Assembly: GCA_031364925.1 (NCBI GenBank)
Contig: JANLXC010000131.1
Location: forward strand, 423 to 64,422
DNA length: 64,000 bases
DNA from: Burkholderiales bacterium
GTDB taxonomy: Bacteria > Pseudomonadota > Gammaproteobacteria > Burkholderiales > Usitatibacteraceae
Direction: 5' to 3'
The notes under the pieces were generated by a model. It made no database searches. It was not told the DNA's origin and saw only the letters and a program-made list of their open reading frames with translations. Both the position numbers and the translations under genes were made by a program. Of the stretch, positions 15,760 to 23,803 are shown piece after piece. Numbering within the stretch: position 1 is the first letter of the stretch; every line of letters starts with the position of its first letter.

Positions 15760-17547
15760 ATGCAACGATTCGTAACATTTGCCGCGGCGCTCCTTCTCGC
15801 CGCATGCGGCGGCGGCGGGGGTGGCGGCTCCAACGGCAATGCGACGACACCGGGACCCACCTTCACCGATCCCGTCACCTACGGCAGCGGCGCGACCGCC
15901 TCGCTTTCCAGCGCCCAGGAGATCACCGCGGTCACGCGCCACCAGCTGGCCCTCGGCGGCACCACTGTCAACTACACCGCGACAGCGGGCCACATGACCG
16001 CGCTCGCGCTGGGCACCGGCACGCCGGAAGCTTCGTTCTTCTATGTCGCGTACACGGTCGATGGCCGCGATCCCGCGACGCGCCCGGTCACCTTCTTCTA
16101 CAACGGCGGCCCGGGGTCGGCGACCGTATGGCTGCACCTCGGCTCGTTTGGCCCCAAGCGCCTCGTGGCAAGCGCGCCTTCGACCACGGTGGCCACGCCA
16201 TTCCCGCTGGTGGACAACGCCGAGAGCCTCCTCGACGTAAGCGACCTCGTATTCGTCGACGCGATCGGCGCCGGCTTCTCGCAGGCGATCCAGCCCAATA
16301 CCAACCGCACCTTCTGGGGGGTGGACGCGGACGCGGGCGTGTTCCGCGATTTCGTGATGCGCTACGTCGCCGTCAACAATCGCGGCGCGTCGCCGAAATT
16401 CCTGTTCGGCGAGTCCTATGGCACGACCAGGAGCGCGGTCCTCGCCAACATGCTCGAAGTAGCGGGCGTGTCGCTCAAGGGCGTGGTGCTGCAGTCCTCG
16501 GTGCTCAACTACAACGCCAACTGCGGATTGTTCTCGACGGTCACCATCCCGTGCACCGGACACTTTCCGACCTACGCCGCCGTGGGCGCGTGGTTCGGCC
16601 GCTCCAACCCGAGCCCTTCACCGGAGAACCTCGCGCCCTTCATCGCGAAGGCGCGCACGCTCGCGGGGAGCCAGTTCGACCCCGCGGCGCGCCGCTTCCT
16701 GTCCGCCGGCACGCTGCCCGATGCGAGCCTCCTCGCGCAACTCGCCAGCACCACCGGGCTCGCGCCCAATCATTGGCAGGCGAGGTTCAACATGGATCCC
16801 ACCTATTTCCACGACAACTTCTCCCCCGGCACCGTGCTGGGTTACTACGACGCGCGCGTCACTGCGTTGGCGGGCTCGCCGCTGGCGCGCGAGGACGATC
16901 CCTCGAGCACCTTCATCACGCCGTCCTTCCAGCAAGCCATCACCGCGTACCTCGCCAACGACCTGCGCTACACCACGCCCTCCAACTACGTGCTGCTCGG
17001 CAACGCCATCAACAGCTGGAATTTTTCCCACGATGGCCACGGCTTTCCCGATACGGTGCCCGACCTCGCCGCGGCGATGGCGCGCAACCCCCGCCTCAAG
17101 GTGTTCTCGGCCAACGGCTACCACGACCTGGTGACGCCGTTCCATACCACCGAGCTCGACATCGCGCGCTTCGGCGCCAATGCCAACATCGTGGTCCGCA
17201 ACTACAGCGGCGGGCACATGACCTATCTCGACGACACCGCGCGCGTGCAGCAGAAGGCGGACATGGCGCAGTTCTACCAATCGGCCCTCGCCGGCACGGC
17301 CGCGCCCGTGCCGAGCGCACCGGCGAGCGCGCCCATGGAGACACCCATGCCCACGGCCCGGACGATGCCGCCCGCGGTGATGGAGCGTGCGCTCGGCGGG
17401 CTCCTGGTTCCGCCCCATTTGAGGAGCGCCAAGCCCGTGGCGCCGACCCATGGCGAGGAGCTGCGCGCCCAGGTCGAGAGGAAGCTGCGCGAAGGAGACG
17501 AGCAGAGGCGCGCTACAGGTCGCGGTGGGCCTGCAGGTATTCCTTGA
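15760..17547 (+). CDS. peptidase S10 (serine carboxypeptidase) family lipoprotein
   Basis: GAAGG SD 6 nt before ATG 15760. Lipobox LLLAAC followed by a Gly run. FFYNGGPGSATVWLHLGSFGP and catalytic GESYG motif. Confidence 0.85.
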   Translation: MQRFVTFAAALLLAACGGGGGGGSNGNATTPGPTFTDPVTYGSGATASLSSAQEITAVTRHQLALGGTTVNYTATAGHMTALALGTGTPEASFFYVAYTVDGRDPATRPVTFFYNGGPGSATVWLHLGSFGPKRLVASAPSTTVATPFPLVDNAESLLDVSDLVFVDAIGAGFSQAIQPNTNRTFWGVDADAGVFRDFVMRYVAVNNRGASPKFLFGESYGTTRSAVLANMLEVAGVSLKGVVLQSSVLNYNANCGLFSTVTIPCTGHFPTYAAVGAWFGRSNPSPSPENLAPFIAKARTLAGSQFDPAARRFLSAGTLPDASLLAQLASTTGLAPNHWQARFNMDPTYFHDNFSPGTVLGYYDARVTALAGSPLAREDDPSSTFITPSFQQAITAYLANDLRYTTPSNYVLLGNAINSWNFSHDGHGFPDTVPDLAAAMARNPRLKVFSANGYHDLVTPFHTTELDIARFGANANIVVRNYSGGHMTYLDDTARVQQKADMAQFYQSALAGTAAPVPSAPASAPMETPMPTARTMPPAVMERALGGLLVPPHLRSAKPVAPTHGEELRAQVERKLREGDEQRRATGRGGPAGIP

Positions 17548-17722
17548 CCTTCTGCGCCGACCCGCCGACCGCCTTTACCGCCGCCACCAGCTGATCGTCC
17601 GTGGTGAAGAGCGCCTTGCACCAGAATGCGCGCTCGGCGGGGCTGTCGATCTCCACGGCGCGCGGATCGTTGCCGCCAAAGCTGTTGTCGACCGATGCTT
17701 GCGGTTTTTTTTCTTCTGCCAT
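17513..17722 (-). CDS. DUF3606 family small protein
   Basis: 69 aa. RAVEIDSPAERAFWCKALFTTDDQLVAAVKAVGGSAQKVKEYL fits the DUF3606 pattern. The 3' end overlaps the S10 gene by 35 nt (convergent). Confidence 0.7.
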   Translation of the reverse strand: MAEEKKPQASVDNSFGGNDPRAVEIDSPAERAFWCKALFTTDDQLVAAVKAVGGSAQKVKEYLQAHRDL

Positions 17723-17738
17723 GGCGGCGGCGCGGATC

Positions 17739-17754
17739 CCGTAGTCAGGTACGG
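17739..17754. repeat. short hairpin carrying the GTCAGGTACG core
   Basis: CCGTA-GTCAGG-TACGG between the M13 peptidase stop and the DUF3606 start. Same 10-nt core as the two hairpins at 53818..53865. Confidence 0.4.
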
Positions 17755-17767
17755 CATTCTATCGCAG

Positions 17768-19810
17768 TTACCAGACGCGGCAGCGCTTTTCCGGGACCAT
17801 CGGCTGGCCGGGCTTGCAGGAAAACGCTTCCGCGAACTGCGGGACGTTCACCATGAGGCCGTTCACGCGATACTTGCCCGGCGAGTGCGGATCGGTAAGC
17901 GCCTTCACGCGCAAATTCTCGGGGCGCTCGTTCTCGCACGCCCACTGCGCATAGCCGACGAAGAAGCGCTGCTCGGCAGTCAGGCCCTCGCGCGCGGGCA
18001 ACACCTGCCCGGCGGTCTGCGCCTTCCATGCCATCCACGCGAGGATGATGCCGCCCAGGTCGGCCACGTCCTCGCCGAGGGTGAGCCTGGAGTTGATGCG
18101 CGTGTCGTCGACGATCACGTATTGGCCGTACTGGTCGGCGATGCACTGCGCGCGCTCCTCGAAGGCAGCCGCGTCCTTCGCGGTCCACCAGTCGACGAGG
18201 TTGCCCTTCGCGTCGAACTTGCGCCCCTCGTCGTCGAAGCCGTGGGTGAGCTCGTGGCCGATGGTGCCGCCGGTATTGCCGTAGGTGGGTGCATCGTCCA
18301 TCTTCGGATCGAAGAGCGGCGGCTGCAGCACGCCGGCCGGGAAGGTGATGTCGTGCAGCTGCGGGTTGTAGCCGGCGTTGACGGTGGGTGGGGTCATGAA
18401 CCACTCGCCGCGGTCCAGGGGCCGCCCGATCTTGGCCAGGTCGCGGCGCGTCTCGAAGCGCTGCGCGCGTTCGACGTTGCCGAAGAAGTCGTCGCGCCTG
18501 ACGACGACGCCCGAATAATCGCGCCAGCGGTCGGGATAGCCGATCTTGTTGACGATCGTGCGCAGCTTTTCCTGCGCGCGTTTCTTGGTGGCCGGGCTCA
18601 TCCAGTCGAGCTCGGCGATGTCCTTCTTCATGGCCTCCTCGACCTGGCGCGTCATGCGCAGCGCACGGGCCCTGGCCTCGGGGCTGAAGGCGCGGCGCAC
18701 GAACTCCTGGCCCAGCGCCTCGCCGAGCTGGTTGTCCACCATCGCCACGCAGCGCTTCCAGCGCGGGCGCAGCTCCGGGATGCCGCGCAGGCGCTTGCTG
18801 AAGAAGTCGAAGCTCTCGTTCACGAACGCGGCGGACAGCGCCGATGCGGACGCGCGTGCCACGTGCCAGCGCAGGTAGGTCCTGATCTCGTCCAGGCTCA
18901 GGGAAGCGAGCTGCCTGTCGACTTCCCTGAAGAACTCGGGCTCGGTCACGTTGAATGCGCCGGCGCGCTCGAGCCCGAGGGCCTTGAGGTAGGCGCTCCA
19001 ATCGAAGCCTGGCGTCAACGCGCGCAGCCCCTTGCCGTCCATCTTGTGGAAGAGCCTGTAGGGATCGCGGCGATCGACCTGCGAGAGCGAGGCGCGCGCG
19101 AGCGCGGTCTCGATCGCCAGCACCGTCGCGGCGCGCGCCTTCGCGGCATCCGGCGCGTCGCCGAGGAGCTCCATCATGCGGGCGATGTGCGCCATGTACT
19201 GGTCGCGGATCTCCTTCGACTTTTCGTCGTCCTTGAGGTAGTAGTCGCGATCCGGAAGGCCGATGCCGCCCGCGCTGGCGAACGCGATCACCTTGGTCGA
19301 ATCGGCGAAGTCCTGGTTGGAGCCGAACGCGAAGACAAGGCCAGAGTCCCCGGTGGCGAGGTGCAGGCTCGCCAGCGTTGCCGCCAGGTCGCGCTTCGAT
19401 TTCATTGCCTCGATGCGCGCGAGGTAGGGCGCGAGCGGCCACGCGCCGAGCGCTTCCACCGCGCCTTCGTCCATGCACGCGGCGAAGTAGTCGCCGATCT
19501 TCTGCTGCACGGGCGTGCGGCCCGCGGTCGTTTCGGCCAGCGCCGCGAGGATGCCCCACAGGTAGCGTTGGTTGTCCTGCGTCAACTTGCGGAACACGCT
19601 CCAGCTCGACTGGTCCGCGGGGATGGGATTGGCCTTGATCCACCCGCCACACGTGTATTGGTAGAAATCGACGCAGGGGTCCGCGGCGCGATCCATGGCA
19701 TGGACGTCGAGGCCCGGCGTGTACGGAAACGTGGTGAGCGGCGTGTCCTCCGCGCGTGGCGCGCCGGCCGTGCAGAGGGAAGCGACGAGCGCAAGCAGGA
19801 GCGATCTCAT
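17768..19810 (-). CDS. M13 family zinc metallopeptidase (PepO/endothelin-converting-enzyme-like), secreted
   Basis: From ORF 17768..19843. Start set at MRSLLLALVASLCTAGA (ATG 19810), which forms an ATGA overlap with the upstream gene's stop. HELTHGFDD zinc motif and full-length M13 pattern. Confidence 0.9.
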   Translation of the reverse strand: MRSLLLALVASLCTAGAPRAEDTPLTTFPYTPGLDVHAMDRAADPCVDFYQYTCGGWIKANPIPADQSSWSVFRKLTQDNQRYLWGILAALAETTAGRTPVQQKIGDYFAACMDEGAVEALGAWPLAPYLARIEAMKSKRDLAATLASLHLATGDSGLVFAFGSNQDFADSTKVIAFASAGGIGLPDRDYYLKDDEKSKEIRDQYMAHIARMMELLGDAPDAAKARAATVLAIETALARASLSQVDRRDPYRLFHKMDGKGLRALTPGFDWSAYLKALGLERAGAFNVTEPEFFREVDRQLASLSLDEIRTYLRWHVARASASALSAAFVNESFDFFSKRLRGIPELRPRWKRCVAMVDNQLGEALGQEFVRRAFSPEARARALRMTRQVEEAMKKDIAELDWMSPATKKRAQEKLRTIVNKIGYPDRWRDYSGVVVRRDDFFGNVERAQRFETRRDLAKIGRPLDRGEWFMTPPTVNAGYNPQLHDITFPAGVLQPPLFDPKMDDAPTYGNTGGTIGHELTHGFDDEGRKFDAKGNLVDWWTAKDAAAFEERAQCIADQYGQYVIVDDTRINSRLTLGEDVADLGGIILAWMAWKAQTAGQVLPAREGLTAEQRFFVGYAQWACENERPENLRVKALTDPHSPGKYRVNGLMVNVPQFAEAFSCKPGQPMVPEKRCRVW

Positions 19811-20715
19811 TTGGTGGAAAGCCATCGCGGATTGTTCAGCCATGCAGCGGGCAGCGCCACGTTGCGTCCCGCGCCGAATGCGTGAGGGGTGGTCATGATA
19901 CCGACCAGCCTTCCGCCAGTGTCCACCACCGGTCCGCCGCTGGCCGTGGGGGGAACCGCCGCGCTGATCTCGATCACGTTTCCCTTCGGGGTCGGGAGGA
20001 GAGCCTTGATCGTCGCCGGGCGCGCGACCTGGCCATCGTTACCGAACGTGATGGCGTACACCGGCATGCCGACGCGCGGTGTTTCGCCGCTCAGGGCGAG
20101 CGGGCGGCTCCCCGCGCCTTCCACCAGGAGCTTGCACAGGTCGTGCTCCTCGACGACCATCGCGATGCGCGCCGGCGCCACGCGCGCGGTGAGCCGCACG
20201 GTGAGCTGCGCATTCGCCGCGAGCCCGTGGCACGTGGTGACCATCACGCCTTCGTCGATAGCAACCGCAAGGCCCACCGGCCTGCTGTGCCCGGAGATCT
20301 CGGCGGCCTGCACGTACCCTACCGAGAACGCGGCGGAGGCGAGGATCTCCTCGGGGGAGCGCGCGTTGCCCCCTTGCGCGGGAGGCGGCGCGGGCTTGTG
20401 CAATGTGAAGAACGCCGCCGCGCAGAACACCACGAGCCCGGCGAAGAGCCCCGCCCAGCGCGGGCGCACGGAACGCCCGCCCGGCAGCACGATCTCATGA
20501 GGGACGTTGAGCGACCTGTCGTATGCCGCGCGCTTGCCGGGATCCGAAAGGACTTCAAAGGCCTCGTGGACCAGGGCCGCGCGGCGGGCGTCCGGGGCGG
20601 TCGTCTCGCGCTCGAGATCGGCGCGGGCGCGCCGGTGCGCGAGCGCGATCGCGGTGGCGTCCGAGTCGCGCGGCAGGTCGAGCACGTCGTAGAGGGTCAC
20701 CTTGCGCCCGTCCAT
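19807..20715 (-). CDS. J-like domain (no HPD) / single TM / periplasmic trypsin-like serine protease fusion protein
   Basis: 302 aa. N-terminus LYDVLDL..AIALAHRRARADLERE..VHEAFEVLSDPGKRAAYDRS (J-domain helices, HPD replaced). TM WAGLFAGLVVFCAAAFFTL. Protease triad contexts TTCHG, HDLCKLLV, TASGGPVVD. Confidence 0.8.
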   Translation of the reverse strand: MDGRKVTLYDVLDLPRDSDATAIALAHRRARADLERETTAPDARRAALVHEAFEVLSDPGKRAAYDRSLNVPHEIVLPGGRSVRPRWAGLFAGLVVFCAAAFFTLHKPAPPPAQGGNARSPEEILASAAFSVGYVQAAEISGHSRPVGLAVAIDEGVMVTTCHGLAANAQLTVRLTARVAPARIAMVVEEHDLCKLLVEGAGSRPLALSGETPRVGMPVYAITFGNDGQVARPATIKALLPTPKGNVIEISAAVPPTASGGPVVDTGGRLVGIMTTPHAFGAGRNVALPAAWLNNPRWLSTK

Positions 20716-20788
20716 GCCGAATTTTTGTCCTTCTCGTGAACGAGCCAGACCCCGAAGCCGGCCCGGAGTTCCTGCTCCGGCCTACGCA

Positions 20789-20820
20789 TAGACAACGTAC
20801 CTTGGTACGGCCTATATGCT
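20789..20820 (+). promoter_or_regulatory. MerR-type long-spacer promoter with internal dyad operator
   Basis: TAGACA (-35-like, 20789..20794). Dyad CGTACC-TT-GGTACG (20796..20809). TATATG/TATGCT (-10-like, 20813..20820), giving an 18-20 nt spacer. Lies about 40 nt upstream of the MerR-like gene. Confidence 0.55.
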
Positions 20821-20859
20821 TGTATCGAGTTCGACAACGCAGCTGAGGAGCGAAGGCGG

Positions 20860-21258
20860 ATGCAGGACGGGCTGACCATCGGGCGGCTGGCGAAAGCCGC
20901 CGGGGTGAACGTGGAAACGATCCGCTATTACCAGCGCCGCGGGCTCATCGCGGAGCCGCACAAGCCCCTCGGCGGCCATCGTCGATATCCCCAGGTGGTG
21001 ATGGAGCAGATCGCCTTCGTGCGGCGCGCCCAGCAGCTCGGCTTCTCGCTTGCCGAGGTGAAAAGCCTCATGGACCTGTCCGACGGGCGCGACCTCAAGG
21101 CCACCCGCATCATCGCGGAGAAGAAGCACGCCAACTTGGAGCTGCACATCGCGCAACTCTCGCAGATGCGCCGCAGGTTGAAGTCGCTCATCGACAAGTC
21201 GCGCAAGGCCGTCAAGGGGCGCTGCCCCATCATCGAGGCGCTCAGCACCGACTCTTAG
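20860..21258 (+). CDS. MerR family transcriptional regulator (Hg-MerR-like DNA-binding helix, metal-binding cysteines mostly absent)
   Basis: 132 aa. LTIGRLAKAAGVNVETIRYYQRRGL is close to the mercuric MerR N-terminus. Only one Cys (GRCPIIEAL). The position of the first metal-binding Cys reads DGRDLKATR. Confidence 0.9.
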   Translation: MQDGLTIGRLAKAAGVNVETIRYYQRRGLIAEPHKPLGGHRRYPQVVMEQIAFVRRAQQLGFSLAEVKSLMDLSDGRDLKATRIIAEKKHANLELHIAQLSQMRRRLKSLIDKSRKAVKGRCPIIEALSTDS

Positions 21259-21282
21259 GGACCTCGCGGTTAGGATACGGGG

Positions 21283-22449
21283 ATGAGGATCCTCGAAATC
21301 CGCGAAAGGACGCTTCCCATCGCGTCCCCGATTCGCAACGCCTACATCGACTTCAGCAAGATGACGCTGAGCCTGGTCGCCGTCCTCACCGACGTGGTGC
21401 GCGACGGCGAGCGCGTGGTGGGCTACGGCTTCAACTCCAACGGGCGCTATGGGCAGGGCGCGCTCATGCGCGAGCGCTTCATCCCGCGCGTGATGCAGGC
21501 CGATGCCGCTTGCCTCGTCGCCGACGACGGCGCGAACTTCGATGCGCATCGGGTGTGGGCGTGCATGTTCGCCAACGAGAAGCCGGGCGGCCACGGCGAG
21601 CGCTCGGTGGCGATCGGCACCATCGACATGGCGGTTTGGGACGCGGTGGCGAAGATCGCGCGCAAGCCCCTCTTCCAGCTTCTTGCCGAGCGCTACGGCG
21701 ACGGAGTGCCCAAGAAGCGCGTTTTCGTCTACGCTGCGGGCGGGTACTACTACCCCGGCAAGGACGACGAGGCCCTCAAGGACGAGATGCTCGGCTACAT
21801 CGACCGCGGCTACCGTGTCGTCAAGATGAAGATCGGCGGAGCTTCGCTCGCCGAGGACCAGCGCCGCATCGAGGCGGTGCTGGGCGTCCTGAAGTCCGGC
21901 GAGCGTCTCGCGGTCGACGCCAACGGGCGCTTCGACCTGGCCACCGCCGTCGCCTATGCGAAGGCCCTCTCGCACTACGACCTCTTCTGGTACGAGGAAG
22001 CGGGCGATCCCCTCGACTTCGCGCTGCAGGCCGAGCTCGCCGCGCACTATGCGAAGCCCATGGCCACGGGCGAGAACCTCTTCTCCATGCAGGACGCGCG
22101 CAACCTCGTTCGCTACGCCGGCATGCGACCCGACCGCGACTGGTTGCAGTTCGACTGCGCGCTGAGCTACGGCCTGGTCGAGTACCTGCGCACGCTCGAC
22201 ATGCTGCGCGAGAACGGCTGGTCGCCCGCGCGCTGCGTCCCCCATGGCGGCCACCAGATGTCGCTCAACATCGCCGCCGGCCTGGGCCTGGGCGGCAACG
22301 AGTCGTATCCGGATCTTTTCCAGCCTTTCGGCGGTTTTCCCGACGGGGTGCGGGTCGAGGATGGCCACGTTACGATGCCCGACTTGCCTGGAATAGGATT
22401 CGAGGGCAAATCGGATCTCCACCGGGTCATGAGGGAGCTGAGCGCGTGA
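21283..22449 (+). CDS. enolase-superfamily enzyme, mandelate racemase subgroup (D-tartrate-dehydratase-like)
   Basis: 388 aa. KxK (VVKMKIGG), metal ligands LAVDANGRF / WYEEAGDP / ATGENL, and His base VPHGGH. Confidence 0.9.
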   Translation: MRILEIRERTLPIASPIRNAYIDFSKMTLSLVAVLTDVVRDGERVVGYGFNSNGRYGQGALMRERFIPRVMQADAACLVADDGANFDAHRVWACMFANEKPGGHGERSVAIGTIDMAVWDAVAKIARKPLFQLLAERYGDGVPKKRVFVYAAGGYYYPGKDDEALKDEMLGYIDRGYRVVKMKIGGASLAEDQRRIEAVLGVLKSGERLAVDANGRFDLATAVAYAKALSHYDLFWYEEAGDPLDFALQAELAAHYAKPMATGENLFSMQDARNLVRYAGMRPDRDWLQFDCALSYGLVEYLRTLDMLRENGWSPARCVPHGGHQMSLNIAAGLGLGGNESYPDLFQPFGGFPDGVRVEDGHVTMPDLPGIGFEGKSDLHRVMRELSA

Positions 22450-22453
22450 ATAG

Positions 22454-23677
22454 ATGAGCCCAAGCGTCTTCCGCGATCTCACGATTGGAGGGGCAGTGGT
22501 CCTGGTCGGCGTGTGCCTCCTGGGCTTCGCGTTCCTCGGGGACGAAGAGAGCTTCCGCGCTCCGCGCTGGGTGGTCGCCGCCGTCGCGCTGTCCTTTCTC
22601 CTGAGCGGCGGGTGGCCCCTCAGGCGCGCCATCGCCGAGGGCGGCATCCTGCCGAAGAATCTCTACGTGGACCTGGCGATCGTCGCGGTCCTCGCCGGCC
22701 TCGCGCTGTTCACGATCTGGATCATGTTGGCGGTGGGGCCCGAAGGCATCGCGCTCGACTTTCCGCTGTCGCTGCCCGCGCAGATCGAGGGCTGGGCGAA
22801 AGGCATCTTCTTCTACGCGCTGACCGGCGTCGCCGCCTCGCTGTGCATGGTGTACGCGCTGTCGACATTCGCCAGGGCGCTGCCCTCGCTCGGGCGCTCC
22901 GCGATCGTCGCCGTCACCGCGCCGATCCTGGGCATTCTCGCGTGGGTCGGAATCGAGTTCTATCGAAAGGCTTCTCCGCCCGAGCCGCCCCTCATGTTCG
23001 TGTCGTTCGACCGGCGTTTCCCGGGCGACGACTATCTCGCGCGCTCCCACGGCGACGAGATACTGCCGCGCGCCGGCAAGCAGGGCAATGGCCTCTTCGT
23101 GGGCGGCAGCGGCGACTGGGTGGAGATCGACGCCCCGCGCGGCTTCGATACGCGGCACGGCCTCACGCTGGAATTCTGGATGAAGCGCGACAACTGGGTG
23201 AACCCGTACGCGAAGGGCAGCCGCACGCAGACCGTGGCGATCGTGGACGTGGAGCGCGAATACAAGGGCCACCCGGAGATGCGCCAGGTGTCCTTCACGA
23301 TGGAGCTGAGCGTGCCGCGCGAGCGCGCCAAGGATCCGAAGCTGCGTGCCGACTACTACATCTTCCGTCCCACTGCGCGCGTGGGCGAGGTGCGTCTCGC
23401 GCCGGCGAGCCAGGTGAAGATCGCCGCCGACCGCTGGACGCACATCGCCGTGGTCTATGACCGCTTCCTCATCGACCGCATGCGGCTCTACGTGAACGGC
23501 CAGCTGGTGGCGCGCGCGCTGCCGTTCGGGGCCGCGCCGGGCTTCGCCGATATCCGCGCCCTGCGGCTCGGCACCTGGTATGAACGCAACGGCGCGTATC
23601 GCGGGATGGTCGATGAGATGAAGGTCTACGCGCGCACGCTCTCCGATGAGGAGATCGTCGCCGCCGCTTCTCGCTAG
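22454..23677 (+). CDS. polytopic membrane protein with C-terminal LamG/concanavalin-A-like lectin domain
   Basis: Starts 4 nt after the enolase-family stop. About 5 N-terminal TM helices. C-terminal LFVGGSGDWVEID..GLTLEFWMK..WTHIAVVYD..MRLYVNGQLV..LRLGTW..GMVDEMKVYARTLSDEEI is the LamG_3 pattern. Confidence 0.8.
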   Translation: MSPSVFRDLTIGGAVVLVGVCLLGFAFLGDEESFRAPRWVVAAVALSFLLSGGWPLRRAIAEGGILPKNLYVDLAIVAVLAGLALFTIWIMLAVGPEGIALDFPLSLPAQIEGWAKGIFFYALTGVAASLCMVYALSTFARALPSLGRSAIVAVTAPILGILAWVGIEFYRKASPPEPPLMFVSFDRRFPGDDYLARSHGDEILPRAGKQGNGLFVGGSGDWVEIDAPRGFDTRHGLTLEFWMKRDNWVNPYAKGSRTQTVAIVDVEREYKGHPEMRQVSFTMELSVPRERAKDPKLRADYYIFRPTARVGEVRLAPASQVKIAADRWTHIAVVYDRFLIDRMRLYVNGQLVARALPFGAAPGFADIRALRLGTWYERNGAYRGMVDEMKVYARTLSDEEIVAAASR

Positions 23678-23803
23678 CACCTGGTCGGGTGGGGTGCTCC
23701 ACACGGAGCAGGACGGATTACGGAAGCAAGACTGGATACGGCTGTTCGCACTGCCGGTCCTGTACGATTTCGGGTTGAACATCTTGCGCGTGAAGGATGA
23801 AGC

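Noticed and set aside
14328-17594. 468-aa (14328..15734) and 596-aa (15804..17594) plus-strand alternative-frame ORFs
   Set aside because: They lie on the same strand as the TPP enzyme and S10 peptidase but in another frame. Their extreme Arg/Pro/Gly content identifies them as frame-shadow ORFs.
17450-19885. 811-aa plus-strand ORF
   Set aside because: It is antisense to the M13 peptidase (HELTHGFDD) and DUF3606 genes. No family signal.
20860-21258. MerR homolog as part of a mercury-resistance (mer) operon
   Set aside because: No merT/merP/merA is nearby, and the metal-binding cysteines are largely missing. It is kept as a generic MerR-family regulator.
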